Below are positions 27,801-41,954 of a DNA stretch of 64,000 nucleotides, one piece after another. Position numbers and translations under genes: made by a program. This DNA comes from Phoronis australis (Eukaryota; Animalia; Phoronida), in contig NMRA01000677.1 of the NCBI GenBank assembly GCA_002633005.1, positions 124,001-188,000 on the forward strand. The letters are read 5' to 3'. The notes beneath the pieces were generated by a model that was not told the origin of the DNA, made no database searches, and was given only the letters and a program-made list of their open reading frames with translations. How positions within the stretch are numbered: the stretch's first letter is position 1; each line of letters opens with the position of its first letter.

Positions 27801-30470
27801 TGCATACTGGTTTGGGTCATGTGACTTTAAATATACTAACGTACCAATAAAGCTAACCCATAATTTTTTGAGGAGGTAGTGTGGCCTAGTGTGATGGATG
27901 CCCACTTTCCTTACTCGAGGTCGTGGGTGAGTCCCACTGGGTCACACTGCTAAACCCTTGAGTCACGTTTTTAGCTCCTCAATTTGGTTTTAACAGTACT
28001 ATGGATTAACAAAGTCTAAAACTGGTTCCAGGTGATCAGTGCAATGGGCCCACATGCACGGGTGGCCTGCACACATCTGGTACAACATGTACCAGACTGC
28101 CTGCAATTATTTATTATATAACGCATATTTTGACATTTTCCAGTTGCTTGTGCAAGCAGTAAGGTAGTTTTCATGTATGTTGCCAAGACTTGCTCTCAAT
28201 TTATGTGCCACAGACTCATAGTCATCCCAACTATAATCCATTACTGTTCCAATAAAAATGGTATTTAAATCTGATTACTCTCCGGGATCTAATCTCCGAG
28301 CTCAGACTAGCACTCAAAAATTGACCAATCACTCCGCATGATTGGAGTTAAGATCAGTAAGTTTATTTGAAGCGTGCCATGCAATTGGTCAATTTTCGTG
28401 TCTGGTTTTGAGTACAGAGATTGGACCCCGGCCCACACTGTGGTCACGTTATAGAAGCCTTTAGTTAACTGTTGGTAAAAATGAAACAATAATTTTAACT
28501 GTTTGATCAAGTTTTACTTTTTAACGTGTATTTTAAGTAATAATTTATTTGTCAATATGGCTGATGAGGTGTACCATGCTCTCCATCAGGCGAGTTTGCC
28601 CTTCCAAAACAACCCTATTGGGTTCCTAAAGCCTTTCCTTGAATTGAATTAGGTTGAAGTGAAACGCCCCAACTTCCCCTGTTGTCCTTACACAGGTTCA
28701 GCAGATGAAAGTAACCCATGGTGACAACCAACCTTCATGGTCCTTGTCTGAAGCAATAACAAACTCTCAGTTCTTCTCAATCTGGCAAACATTAAAATCT
28801 ATTCTTAGTAAGGAATGATAGGAGACCAATTTTGTTAAGGTAGGGTGCCTAACTCTGTTGTTGATTTTTTTGGCAGAAAGCCTGGGTTTATTGGCCCTGG
28901 GGACATTTCACTACTATTTGGTTGTCTGTATTGAATTCCAAAGTGAAGGCTTTGGTGTTAAACAACATTACCCTACTGATCTGATCCTAAGTAACTGTTG
29001 AATGAGACAAGGATGCTGAAGTCTGGCAATCTGCACTTCCCACGTCAAATGATGTGGTATGGATTTCGCAAGCTTTTGTTTAACTTAATTGCAAGATCCA
29101 TGCACGGGCGCAAGTGCATCACATGGTTATCGCCTATAGAACACTACCAATGTTCTCCTTTGTTGCGTCTTTCTGGATATAACAATACAGGTCGCATGGA
29201 TGTCGTACCGTGGGTGAACATCAGCCAGTTACCGATAAACGCTTACCATTATCTTTATTATAAAAAAGAAAAACGAATCGAACAATGGATGTGTGACCTA
29301 GTTTCCTGTGGGCATTTTCGAATTCGGAACCCTAAAAGCCTCGAAAAATGTTTTCTTGAGTCGCTGATGTATTCGATGTTCTTGTTGGTTTCAGAAATCA
29401 ACGCTTTTCATTGTATTTTTCAATATTATGAGACCAAGGAGACTTTTAGTGTTTCGTTTCTTTCAGATAATCTGTAAATAATTTAGTTTTGGAATAAGGT
29501 ATACGTGGTTATTGTAAACACGAGACGCAGCTAATCAAATGAGAACTGATATCACAAAGACAATATTTTGGTGAATGTTTGTAAAAACACAATTTCTTGG
29601 AATTGTTTACTGTATTTTCCGAGTACTCAGCAGGCATTAATCCTATACCACCTGAAGATGTTTGTTTTTCTTCTCTTAGAATTATTATAAACAAAACCTT
29701 TATTGAGAATGAACAGGTGTTCCTGTGTATACATTCTATGTTTAGTGTGTACACAGCTAATTTCTAGGTTTATAAGTTAACTTTTACCTCCTTCTTTTCT
29801 TGTATATTAAAGCCTTGGGCATGTTGCTATTTTTGCATTGCCCTGGAAAACGTGTAGCGTCACTCTGCATTAATAATGATTCCACCTTTTATTGGTTAAC
29901 AGAATTTTCAAAATAACAACAAAGACGGAACCTTTGTGGAGACACAAATTTCACAAAGCTGCATTTTATTCGTGGTCACGTGAATTTCAAATGCTAACCT
30001 CCTGTGGTGAAGTCATGCGAAGCTCTCAGAAATCCACTACGCAAGTGTATAGGAGCACAGTTGCAATTAAAAAAGATTTAACACGACAAGGTTTGTTTTG
30101 ATAAACTATCATAACTAATCATCCTCAAACTCTGAATATACTGGAATTAACGATTTCACTCTTCATCGGGGAGAATTTTGAAAAATACTTGGAAACTACG
30201 GTATCTTGGAGAGTTGGCATTTATAGGAATATGCTTGTATGCAGACGGGCTTTGTGGTTGTTGTCTTAAAAACTACCAAAGGTATTGATTGCATATGAGA
30301 AAACCAAGTTGTATCAGACACACCTGTCATTTTTCCTTGGATCGTTAGCCACAGAAGTGCCTATAGTATCTATCTGGCAAACACTGTGTTCAGATGTCGC
30401 ACTATTTTGTAAGGATTTGAGCTTTTGCAATAAGGATTTAGTATGGTGGACTAAAATGTTCTTCAACTAA

Positions 30471-30891
30471 TACCGGGATTTTCCGTAGATAAGCCCATGG
30501 GCGTGTATTTGGAAAATGAAAAATTTCAGATGTTTTAGTAACACGAGGGTTTCTTCGGAAAGGAGGGTGTGTAGACGGAAAGTCATAGGTTTCCTGACTT
30601 AGACATTTTTACTTAAAAAGGAGTTTTTAAATTTTATGTTTATAAATGCATAGTTCGCCAGCACTTTGTTCGTTTGTATAAATGATGAATTCTCCACACA
30701 ACTGAACTTGTGATTAAATGTTGACGCTTTGAGTGGGAAATTTTCGAAATAAATGTCCCACTATCTGGACACTTGACACCAAAAGTTATAAAACCAATTA
30801 ATCGCCCATGGGCGTTTATTTGGCATAATTTTCCGAATAAACGCCCATGGGCGTTTTATCGGGTGATCTTAGCTACGGAAAATCTCCGGTA
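30471..30891. mobile_element. MITE (Tc1/mariner-pogo-like, TA ends)
   Basis: TIR taccgggattttccgtag / ctacggaaaatctccggta. Three subterminal gcccatgggc palindromes. Confidence 0.7.
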
Positions 30892-32135
30892 GTCTTTGCC
30901 AACTACAAGAATTCAAAACCTGATACAAAAGTTGATTCAAACCTTGGAAAAGTTGCACCGGTACTAAAGTTTAGTGTATTTGAATAAATTGGACTAGCAA
31001 GCGTGTTTAAAGTGATTTCAATGAATGCTAACACAGTGCGAGAGGTTTGGATAGGTGCATTTTCCCATCTATCCTAAATCCTTTGATCCAGTTACTCATG
31101 GTCTGACTTTCACTTTGGTTTATAATATATTTTGTTGACAACTTCCTTCTGATGTGGCCAAGGAACAAGCTGGTGATTTGTCTTCAGCTAAATATGAAGA
31201 TCAGGTAGGACCGTTTCATTTAAAGTGGTTTTTTAAAAAATAAGTTTTACGAGCATACTGATCACTGTGAAGTCACTCGGCTTCTAGTGTTCAGCTTCCT
31301 ATTTTCAAAACGATATTTTAGTCGAGTCTTGTGGGAAAGACCGCAGTTATGACTGTGGTTTATCTTGTGAATGGAAAATATGTTCCAACCGCAAACTAAC
31401 CAATGCAAGAGCAGCTTTAGACACATTTATGGATTTTTCTCTCTTTGTGGCTACATGTAAATCCAACCACCACATTTCTACCCATATGTTTGGTTCTGTG
31501 GCCATGTTGCCCTTTGTGTGTGTCTGGTGTCTAGGAGCTTGGCTTAGAGATTAGTCCACTGAAGTGATCATAAATATGCAAAGTTTAATAAATGGAATGT
31601 GATTTTCATTGCATTGTAAGTTCTTTGAGCAGCACTGGACAGGCAAAAATGTCAGCTCGGAAAAATGTGTGACGGCATATTCTACACTTACATTTCCATA
31701 TTCTGGCTTGTAAATTTGTGGCGACCAAAAAAAAACTCTGAAACCCGCACAGCGCCTGTGCGAGTGATATGTCATTGAAGTCAAATTTCTACTCTTGTTT
31801 TACTGTTTTACTATTTCCACTTGTTGTTTTTCGAGTGTTTGCTTGCTTATGTTAGCCCTGATCAATACATTCGTTAAAAGTCTTGGGTTTATGCCTTGAG
31901 GGGTTACCTTGACTATGAATGTATACGTTTATATTAAGCAGGGATAGGTCCTAGGTTATTTTGACTGGAACTCGCGTGTTTTGCCAAATATGCACAAAAC
32001 CAATGATTGTAGTGTGGGTAACATACAGTTGGGATTGTGAAAAATTTATTATTTTACTCGAGGTCGAAGCTTATACCAAATTTTAGAAATTGGCAATGTT
32101 GACTGTTCCGAATTCAAGAATTATGATCAACACTT

Positions 32136-32394
32136 CATGCGTGCACCTAGCCTAAAAATGGGGGGCTCGAAGTTTTGAGAATGTGGACCTTTTACTAGGA
32201 TTCACGGGGTTCGTTCAAAGCTGTGAATTGTGTATTTGCCAAATTTTGGTAGTTCCTGCCTTTTTAGGGGACTTTTTCTGGTTTTCTACTTATTTCGGAG
32301 TTTTTGTTTCTCTGAGGCGGATCTTTTTGCCCACTTTGCCAAAGTGGGAGGGGGGCTTGTTTAAGCCCCACGAGCCCCTCCGGGTGCACGCATG
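32136..32394. mobile_element. MITE with 5-bp TSD (hAT5-like)
   Basis: Perfect 12-bp TIR catgcgtgcacc / ggtgcacgcatg, flanked by direct repeat cactt (32131-32135, 32395-32399). Confidence 0.75.
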
Positions 32395-35300
32395 CACTTA
32401 GATGCTGCGCACTGTGGGGAAGCACGAAAACGTGCAAGTCGCTGCAATTTTAGGAGCTGCCAACTTTATTTTCTTATTGTGTTTATACAAGTGCTAGATA
32501 TTTGGGCAATGGGATCAACCCCAAAATCCCACACGTTTCAAGTTCAAAGTCAAGAAACTTCAATGTTGGTTTTGAATTTCGGTGTTCTACATTTTGGAGA
32601 CTGTCCCAAACTAGAGAAGTTTTACAATGTATTTTGTCTCAAGAAAGTTTATTGGACAATGCGTGGCCACTGATTTGATCCTATGGATGTATCTGTTTCG
32701 TAAAATTTAGCTAAAAATTATGGAAAATCACTTTCAAGATGATAACTCAACAATGCTTGTTTTTTACTGAATTGTATTTTTATGCAACTTTTAGTTAATA
32801 TGAATATTAAGTTTGTAGAAATGTTACCTAAACAAAATTTTCAAGAAAAAATTAGAGAGCAGTGCTTATACAATAACTTGTGACAAGTTTGGCTGGTCTG
32901 GTAATTGCCTTTTCTGAGATATCAACATGCTCCAAAAATTGCCTGTTTTTTTGTTCGCTTCAGATTATGAGTAAGTGAGTTACGATACGTGGACGGATTT
33001 ACCATGGTAGTTTTTCAGTGTTAATGATGGACATTTGTCTTTTTCATGCTATTGTGCAAGTCTGTTTTCGTTATGGTTTTTGATTTTGTCTCGTCGATGA
33101 CGCACTTGCTTGCTTACGACCCTAATTACAAATAGTGACGTTGAATCGGTTCCAACCAGTTCAAAAACAATTGTACGCAGACAGACACTGACATTGCGCT
33201 CTAGAGTATCGTAATTAGTTGTTTCCCATGATATTTACTTGTTGTCTGTTATGAAACACAGGAAGTGAACGTTTTCATCTGATGTTCGTGCTTAAGTAAT
33301 TTAATGCATTCAAAAAGTTATAATAAAAGCTTTCAATCTTGATAATAGTCACGTACTGGGGTCACCGCATGTTGAGAACCAGGTTTCTCTGCGGAATAAC
33401 ACGCGTCAAACTGGTTCTCAAAATGCAGAGCTCCTGTAGATGATTAACTTGCCCCAGTCTCTTGGCTATTAATTATGGTCATCTACTGTACTCCATTTTT
33501 AATCAGCTCATGTAATTTTGTTGATTTTGATGACTGTTCGCGACCACAATTCTGGTGCCGGACCAAGCAACCGGTTCAAAAGTAAGATTATACTGTAGTT
33601 AAAAATCTCCCCAATTTTAGATTGGATGGCTGTTACTACAATAGGATGAGTAGCGACCTCTATAGACCTATATTTATTTACTTTTGTTGTGGCTTCACAA
33701 GTCATGAGGAAAATGGCGTTTACGTTTACGTTTACATAAGCGAGTAATCAAGGGGAAATCACTGACAATGTTTAAACCCACCTAGAGAGAATCATTCTAG
33801 TGAAATGATTAAACAAGCTTGGAAGTTTTTTTGTGCAAGACTGATTATGCCGAAACTTACGCTGGCAAAAATACTTAGTATGAAGGTCAATTGCCAGGAC
33901 CAAATATTTACAGGCCATGGGAAAGTTTGGCAACTGCTTTTAAATAAATGCTACAACTCATTTCTCACAATGTATTGGTCTCTATCACAGAACCTAAAAG
34001 CGTATTAAAATTGATGCATGCGTTCATAAGTTATTGTAATTTTCAAGTTGAGAGGTTTTTGATGAGGCGTCCATTACTGGACAGTCCCAGAAATGTTCCT
34101 GGTTCAAAAGTGACCCTTTGCAAGTGTTTTGATCTCAATGTCAGCTGTGAAATTTCGTGTACAGTGGAATTTCAAACTGTGTCGCAACGATGGCTGCTCG
34201 TAAAGATGATTACTAAGGATGGGAAATATTCAACATTGTATTGATGTCATGGTTGTAATGGTATACGTGTGGATGATTCTGATTGGTGCCAAAATACATT
34301 ATCGTAGGTAAAATTGGGCCTTGAAAGTTTGTCTGTTGCATTGCGGTTTATGTTACTAACACAGTTTGTTAAACTGAGTTTCGACTGCAACTTTTTAGGA
34401 ATCTGTAGTTTACAGTGGTTTGTTTCGTGCGACACTAATTAGTGATTTTTTTCGAGAAATGTCCACTGAAATAACTTTTGAACTGTTACTGAACCGCAAC
34501 AAAGCTTACTAAGGATATTAGAAACCTTGTTCATAAAAATTGGCCGTTTTTTTGCAATTTTACGTATATGTTCTGGAAAAGATTTTATCTTCATTCTCCA
34601 GCAACTTCAAGTACAAAATACATAACATGTAGTGAGAAAAAAGATTTTACAGTACCACCTTCAACTGCGTGAAAATTACTTTATCCAAGTTGAAAGGTTA
34701 CAGAGCTGTTATTAAAATCCGATCTCCCGCCAGCCATATGTAGTTCTGTATGTACCCACAATTCTCAGTCCTTTCAAATTTGAGCCGTAGTAACATTGAG
34801 TCGATGAGATATACACAGCACAGAGAAGTTCTACGGAAAACGAAGACATAGCCTAGTTTTGGTCCTGCAAGGGTTGTGCATCTGTGTACACACGGCCGTT
34901 GAAAACGTACAACAAATGCACCGAGTCACTGTACGGCATCTGACACTTTTTGTTTTCATGAACCCTGGCACTAGTTGTGAAAAAAGACAAATCTTCACCC
35001 AAATTCATTCATTTCATCGGTAATGTGACATTTTGCTGTTTTGATCTCATGCTCACGGCTCCATTTCGTAGTTGGTTAAATACTTGATTATTCAGTCCGC
35101 GGTACTGAACTGCAGACGTTAACCCCTCCTCTGACCTAGTTTGTCTGGCGAGGCAGTGAAAACCGACTTAGGAAATTAAAGGTTTTAATTGTAATGATTA
35201 AGTCAATTACTCACTGCAAATTCAGTTAACATTACTCTGAGTGAGTATTGAAATAAGGAACAAGGTTCAGGCATCAGGTTATATTGACCGTAAACAAATT

Positions 35301-37047
35301 ATCATCGAATAACTACTTGTGACGTTTTCGGCTTTTTCTCAGCTTTGGTAAATCGAATTAATTTGTACTTAAGGAACGGTTGGGTGGATATTACTGAAAC
35401 TCACCAGTTTTAATATTTATCTCTCCATCTCAAAAGTACTGTTGAGATTTTCATTTTAAACACCTAGTTCATGCCTACGGTGAGGTAGAGGAATATGGCT
35501 GCTTTTTTCACAAAAACCCTACATTTTGTAAGTTAATTTGACATAGAAACCAAACTAGGTATTAATGGAAAATTCCTAATAATATTTTAGTTAAATTATG
35601 AAGCTTTCATTGAAATCGACCAAGGGGTTAGTTTGCTATGAACATTTCGTTGTTAAAAATAAAGTAAAACGTAACAATAGTTATAATGGCTTGTAAATAT
35701 AAATTAATATATTTTTATAATTTGGTCTTCTTGCTTTTGAAAAACATACTTTTATTTGTTGACATAGCCTGGTTTTTTGATATATGAGTTAAAATGGAGG
35801 TCACTAAATTAGGTTTTTGATAACCTTGATGAACTAAAATGGAAAACAAAGAATAAAGGAAAGTTCAGTCTGATGACTAGCTTTCAACAAATACAAACAC
35901 AGCAATATCAGCAAGCAATGTTAAGGTTATCAGGACTTTAGCCAATACTCAGCTCTTAAACAGAGCTGAAATTACACCAGAGAGCTTTTCACCACTTGGT
36001 GAACTGGATATAAACCAAAAGAATGGGATGGAATTCTTGTTCAGTGTGTTAGTAATAACAAAATCAAATTCCCTTGACACTTTACAAAATCGTCTTACTG
36101 TCTCACTGGTCATATTTCTCCTCTTTTTGCCTTCCTTTTATAACAACGAATCAAATCGTCTGCCATTTTGTGAGCTCAGTTTTTGACCTAATGAACTCAT
36201 GTAGTGACCCGCCAGCCAGCCAATGAGCCCAGTGAATGCTTCAGTTCACGAGTTCAGTGGTAGGTTAAAAAATACCTGTGGCGGAGTGACAAGTGAATAG
36301 TAAAAAGTTGAAAGTTCGAGTGAATGTATGGCTCTTGATTCTACATTTTCACTGTGCGGACTTCCAACCCTGTTTAAGGGTTGGTTTACTGACTACAGGA
36401 TTCTGTGTTATGAGGATTTTTATAGCGGTTTGAGTTTTTTTGCTGGAGATAAACCTTGGAGATGAATTTTTGATACCGAGATTCAAAATGCCCTGAAATT
36501 AAAAAATATATCAAAAAACTTGTGCTGTCTTCTTAAGTTACGTGTCAAATTAAATATCAATGATGCACCTTAATTCATGTTTTCGTAATTCTTTCCTCTC
36601 TTGAAGCTGCCATGGGTGAAGATTTAATTAGTGATGTCACATTTCTATTGTGCAAATCCAAATGCAAGTACAGTGTATGCCAAAAGTACTCAGGCAAAAT
36701 CATCGGGAGTTATATGTCATTGTAGCTGAATTCATGCTCAGAGTAAGGCTCCCTCGTAACTGAGAATGCAATGAAGTTAACTAGAAAATTAAAAAGGTAG
36801 CCTCAGCCTTACTGCTGATTAAAATTTTGCCCCATCCATCCTTGTTTGCTGTTAACAGAATTCGCCGTGGTGATGGGAAAAGGTATTATGTCATTAGTAT
36901 TGCAGAGAACGTCAGCCGCTGCAAGCTTCCAGCCCGTTTGTTGCGGTTTACGCGTTCAATCAGACACAGTCGGTTCGGTTTTAAGTTCTGGCGCCCTCTG
37001 CTGGTTGTCGTATGCTTTTTATACAACTGTGTTCTCGCCATTTTCAG

Positions 37048-37212
37048 AAGTTGGAAATAGTCCAGAACACATGGTGCAAAGGTGTTGGGACAAAGTGGAT
37101 GCTGCAGCAGACCCCATGCTGTGTGTGGAAGAAGAGAAGCCGCTGTTGCCGGGAGTAACCGTCAAGACAGCAACCTTCGATAAACTAGTGTACATACTTG
37201 TGGACAGTTTTG
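37048..37212 (+). CDS. RASGRP: RasGRP coding exon 1 (ATG 37071; acceptor at 37047 allows an upstream start), start of REM domain
   Basis: ttttcag|...MVQRCWDKVDAAADPMLCVEEEKPLLPGVTVKTATFDKLVYILVDSF g|gtgagc. KxATxDxL..SF matches the RasGRP REM start. Confidence 0.85.
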
Positions 37213-38970
37213 GTGAGCATAAATATAAGGGATCATAGATTACTATGGATAAGGTAAAATTTCTTCAAATTACAACGCAATGTTGCAGAACTGTCAAAAT
37301 TTTATTTTATCAAAAATTTTAACAGGAGTAAACAGCCAATAACTTAACTGATCATTTGAAAACTTTATACAGCGCGGCTGTAATCAACAAAAACACGAGA
37401 TATTGAAAATTTGAATCTGAATGCTATGTGTGTTATTCAACATAATAAAGGCACGATTCCAACAGATTTTTACACGCCTGTTGGTCATAATTAAACAATT
37501 GGAGAATGTCGATGAATTTTGTATGCGTCTGTGCACGGGGTTGGTCCTAAAATCATCCCTGCTCAGAAATGGCAGAGTTTTGCAGGTATCAGTTGATTTT
37601 CGCAAAGGATTGACTTCAGTATCAAGTTGACAAGATTATGCCTGTCTTTTGCAGAGGATCCAACAATCCTAGTATCTTTTGCTGAGGGTAGAATGTCACC
37701 AATTGTGATTAATAATAATTTTAATGAAAACGATGGATTTAAACCGGCTTGACATGTTTCGGAATTTATTAAAACACCATCCTCAGAAGAAAAAACAGTG
37801 GCCACCTTGCTAGGCCCAACAACAGGTAATGATACACAGACACAGTCAGTTACAGGAGAGTATCAATAGACTTGACTAACAATGACAATCTGTGGGGTAC
37901 CAGTTGCTTCTTCAGACTAGGCTTTCACCAATATTTGATGTGTGGAGCCTTACTAATTTTCAGCTCCTTTGTTGTTTCTGCTTGGTTTATTGTAGCAAAG
38001 TCATTGAAAGAGCATTGCTCATAACAACGATTGAAGCTGTGCAGATGAATATTAATATGTGAACTTCTGTCAGAATTTAGATGTTCCCTGGTCCGAGTTT
38101 TCAAATGGCGAACAGTTTCGCCTATATCACTGGAGCCACACCCATCGTTGTTTTTATCAGCATATGCTGGTACTTGCTATCAGGGAGATAAAAATAACTG
38201 CCAAATGGCTCTCGTTTCATGTTTCAAAGGTTTCGAACATTGTTGCGTATCCCCGCAAGTTGTCTGCTGTGAGCTGTGATGCAGAGTTTGAATCTATGGA
38301 AAAACATTGATTTGGTGCTGCATTAACCTTTCATGAAAATTGGGAAAATGAAATTTCAATTGTCCGCCATATTGTGGACTTTCAAAGTGGTGAGATTCTA
38401 CCGTATTGCCAATTCGATTGACAGGTTTTTACGAAACACGACACAAGTTTTTATGGCTGGGATTTTCGCCGCCTTCAGTTAGTAATCAAACGGATCGGAG
38501 CTACCATAGTGCCTCAGTTTGCCATTTTACTTAGATGTTGCATGTTGGTTGGTTTTTGTCAAAATGGATTGACATAGATGTTTTGGTGGTGCTTTATGTT
38601 TAGCTAGTTTCCACCAGGATCTCTGTTGATTTTCAGCTTTGGCTATGTAAATTAACCTAATTATCTTCTACATACTGATGGTACTACTGAGCTGTCCTAG
38701 AAACACTCAATTTGCGGTTCAGTTGTGGGCACATTGCAACACTTTGTGTTGTTCTTGTTAGAAGTGCTGGCTGGTGTCGTCAGCCGCTCCCTTGGAGGGT
38801 GCTTATTGTACCTTTTTCTGGTTATTTTCTTAAAATTGTTATTTATAGATGATGTTTAACTGAGTCGCATTACCAAATCGCTAAACGGTATTTGTTTGTT
38901 CACAGATCTGTGGTAGTAATTACTTCCTTTGAGTCTGTCAATCACAAAGCTATCTTAAGAAATACACATG

Positions 38971-39640
38971 TTTATACAACATTTTCAGCCTGAAATGGCC
39001 AATACAACTGTGAAATAAGCCATTTAGTTATTCAACGCGTTGAATAATATTTTGGCAGGAAACCATGGCCAGTTTTGAACCAGCTCCTCAAGATTTTCGA
39101 GTCGTCGACTTTACCACTGCACCACTCAGCAGCTGACATCATCGAACGTGGAAATAGAATAAATGAGCACGCGCAACAATCGCGGGTTCAACAAACGGCA
39201 TTGTACCGACATTTATACGCTATGGAAAATAAGACGCACAATTTCAATAAAAACTATGGCTTTAATTCAGTAAAATTCATCTCTCATTTTCTCTCAATTG
39301 TAAACCATGGATCTCCAGTTTGAATGCGAGTATCTTGTCGTCAGGTTCCTTCGACTTGGACATTATACTGAGTAGCCATTGGTAACATACTTTAGCAGAC
39401 GATATTTTCACGGTGGAATGAATAGATGCATAGTAAGTTAGACAAGTTGCTTAAAAATTATGTTACAGATTCACTTTAGTTCTATTTTGTTTCAATTTTT
39501 ATTTGGTTTTAAGTAAAATCACTATTTTAACAAGAAAAACTGCGTTTCTTAAAAGGAGTGGATTTTGTAGAATTATGCAAAATCCACTGGGCTCTAGATT
39601 TTGGGGGATAACGACTTCACCATGTAATTATCTATTGTTT
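38971..39640 (-). mobile_element. Non-autonomous element, inverted copy of 41955-42775
   Basis: gtcgtcgactttaccactgcacc, tttagcagacgata and gggctctaga..gggataacgac..catgtaat are reverse complements of segments in 41955-42775. Confidence 0.75.
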
Positions 39641-41954
39641 AGTTTACATCTCTCCTGAAATCTTATTATTCTAGTTTGACATAACTGTTATAATTGTTCG
39701 ATATTGTCCTTGTTTTTGTATGGATTTTACATAATTCCTCAATGGCAGTACCAGTTCAAGTACGTTTTGAAAGATGTAAAATTAGCCATCACCATATTAC
39801 TGTCAAGTTCTCTCCTGATGATTTGGCGTCACTTGACAATTTCCCAATACTGCCTTGTTTTTGTTTTTGTTTTTGATTTGAGTAATTTGTCAGTGGCAGT
39901 TCTTGTTCAAGTACCTTTTGAAAGATATGAAATCGATCATCATCAAAAACTGTATACAGCACTGGAATGCTTTTGTTCAATAACAGTTTTTTTGCATGTA
40001 AAAAATCCTAATGCGAGAATTTTTCAGGTTGAATGGTTGTGTTCAAATTTACAATTGACCTCACATGTTTGCTGTGTCTGGTCCAAAACTTGTCTTGGAT
40101 GTATCGTAACGTTTACCAGTGCCCGGTTGCATGAAGCAAGCCCAAATAGGGAATCAGCTAAAGCTTTGTTACATGGAAACAGTTGTCACGGTGTGGCTTG
40201 CGTTCCATTTTAGTCGCATTTACACAACATTAGATCGTGAACTGGACCAACACAAGAGTCATTTACACAAAGACTGTTTGTGCATGCTCGCATAAACAAT
40301 AGCAAAGATCCAAGCCATATGGAGACAGCAGATCACCGGTGTACATACTTAATACTAATACGCAAGGGCATTGAAAAATGATCCAATTCCACCCTACCCC
40401 AGTTGTGTTTAGACGTGTAGTTGTCACTGGAGCAACTGATCGAGTGCAACTCTCTATACCTCCCAAACCGGCATCAAAAATGGCCACCGTGGTATCAAAT
40501 TGCCCCGTGTCCGTCATCTTTACACACACACTTGCTCCCAATCAGCTGTTTCGTGTTAGTTGTTCTATGACAACTGTCTCCTGAGTAAATGTGCTTAATT
40601 TCCTTAGGTCACTTCAGGAATGTTGCATGCATAATTAATTCTGGCTAGGGAGAACAATAACTAACTTTAATATGTGACTAGGTTGCTGTAAAATTTCACC
40701 TGGTTAGGACACGATGTGGAGAATAATTGATTTTGGTTCTCATTTTTTTGTTTAAATGAATAGCACCCTATTAATGCTGCACCATCTATAATTATAGCTG
40801 ATACCTGGTATACTGTGAAATTGAAGCATTTTTGCAATAATTTGGGGGAGATATTTTGTAGCCTTCAAATTATGCAATTTTATTTTAAGAACATCCAAAA
40901 AGTTTTTGAGTTCTATTCTAATCTCTTAGTACGTTATATTCATATGTGTTCTCTGGCTTGTAATATTCAGGTGGTTAATGACGTTTAAAATGAAATGCAA
41001 CGTCTTTTGGTTGCCCAACAGTAAGAACAGTTTGCCATGGCTGGTTTTGCTGAACTCGCACTGCTGTATGTCTGGCTTTACAATATACCATGTAGTTGAA
41101 CAGATTTGCACGAATAAAGATTCGTCTGTGAACTCCTCGTGCGGTTGTCATCTTGTTAAAATCAATCGATCTGTCTTGCTAATGTGTGTTTTGCTATCGA
41201 GATGTCTCCATGTGTTATTATCGTTTTTGTCATCTAGCCAAACTTAATTATCCTATTCAGTGCGGTCGTCAGTTGTTTATGAGACAGCCTGCCGTTTGTA
41301 TTTCCCTCGGCATCATTCGCACGTTCCAGGGAATGATGATTTATTCACGTATTTGTTTGTGGTTGTAACTGATGGAGCTCTGGGATTATTCGTTTCCTGG
41401 CGTTTGATCAACCGTGCTTAGTTTCTAACTGATGATTGTCAGTATTTTGTTCTCTTGTGCTGAGTAATAGACAAGTAGAGTTAACATTAACTTAACTCTG
41501 ACATCCATCCATTACGGTTGAAAGTTTACCACATTGTTTTAGCCATACATTGAGTTTAATTGCCACGGGTGAAAGACAGTAGGTTTGTCGATATGAATAC
41601 AATAAAGAGATGCTAAACTATTTATGTTTTTATATGGGTGATGCTATTAGCATCGGCTGCTGTGCCGAGTAAGTATTTTTACAAGGCCGAGTAAAAATAT
41701 TTATGTTAAAAAATTTTCAGTTTAGGTCACAATGTGGCAGACAGATGAAATTTAATTTTGTCAAATTTGCATTTAGCAATGGTGTGTATGTCATAGCTGT
41801 TACAAGACTATATTTTGTAAAATTTTAAGCATTTGCAACAATGTGGTATTAGCCTCTGAAAAATAGAAATATGGAAACTTATTTTGTCCCGAATTAAAGT
41901 ATTTTCACCAATGAACCAAGGCTATTAACACACTCATATAAAACTGCATATAAT

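Noticed and set aside
28998-29477. 159-aa ORF
   Set aside because: No recognisable domain, non-ATG start, no supporting splice structure.
39704-40213. 169-aa ORF
   Set aside because: AT-rich intronic sequence with a local duplication, non-ATG start and no recognisable homology.
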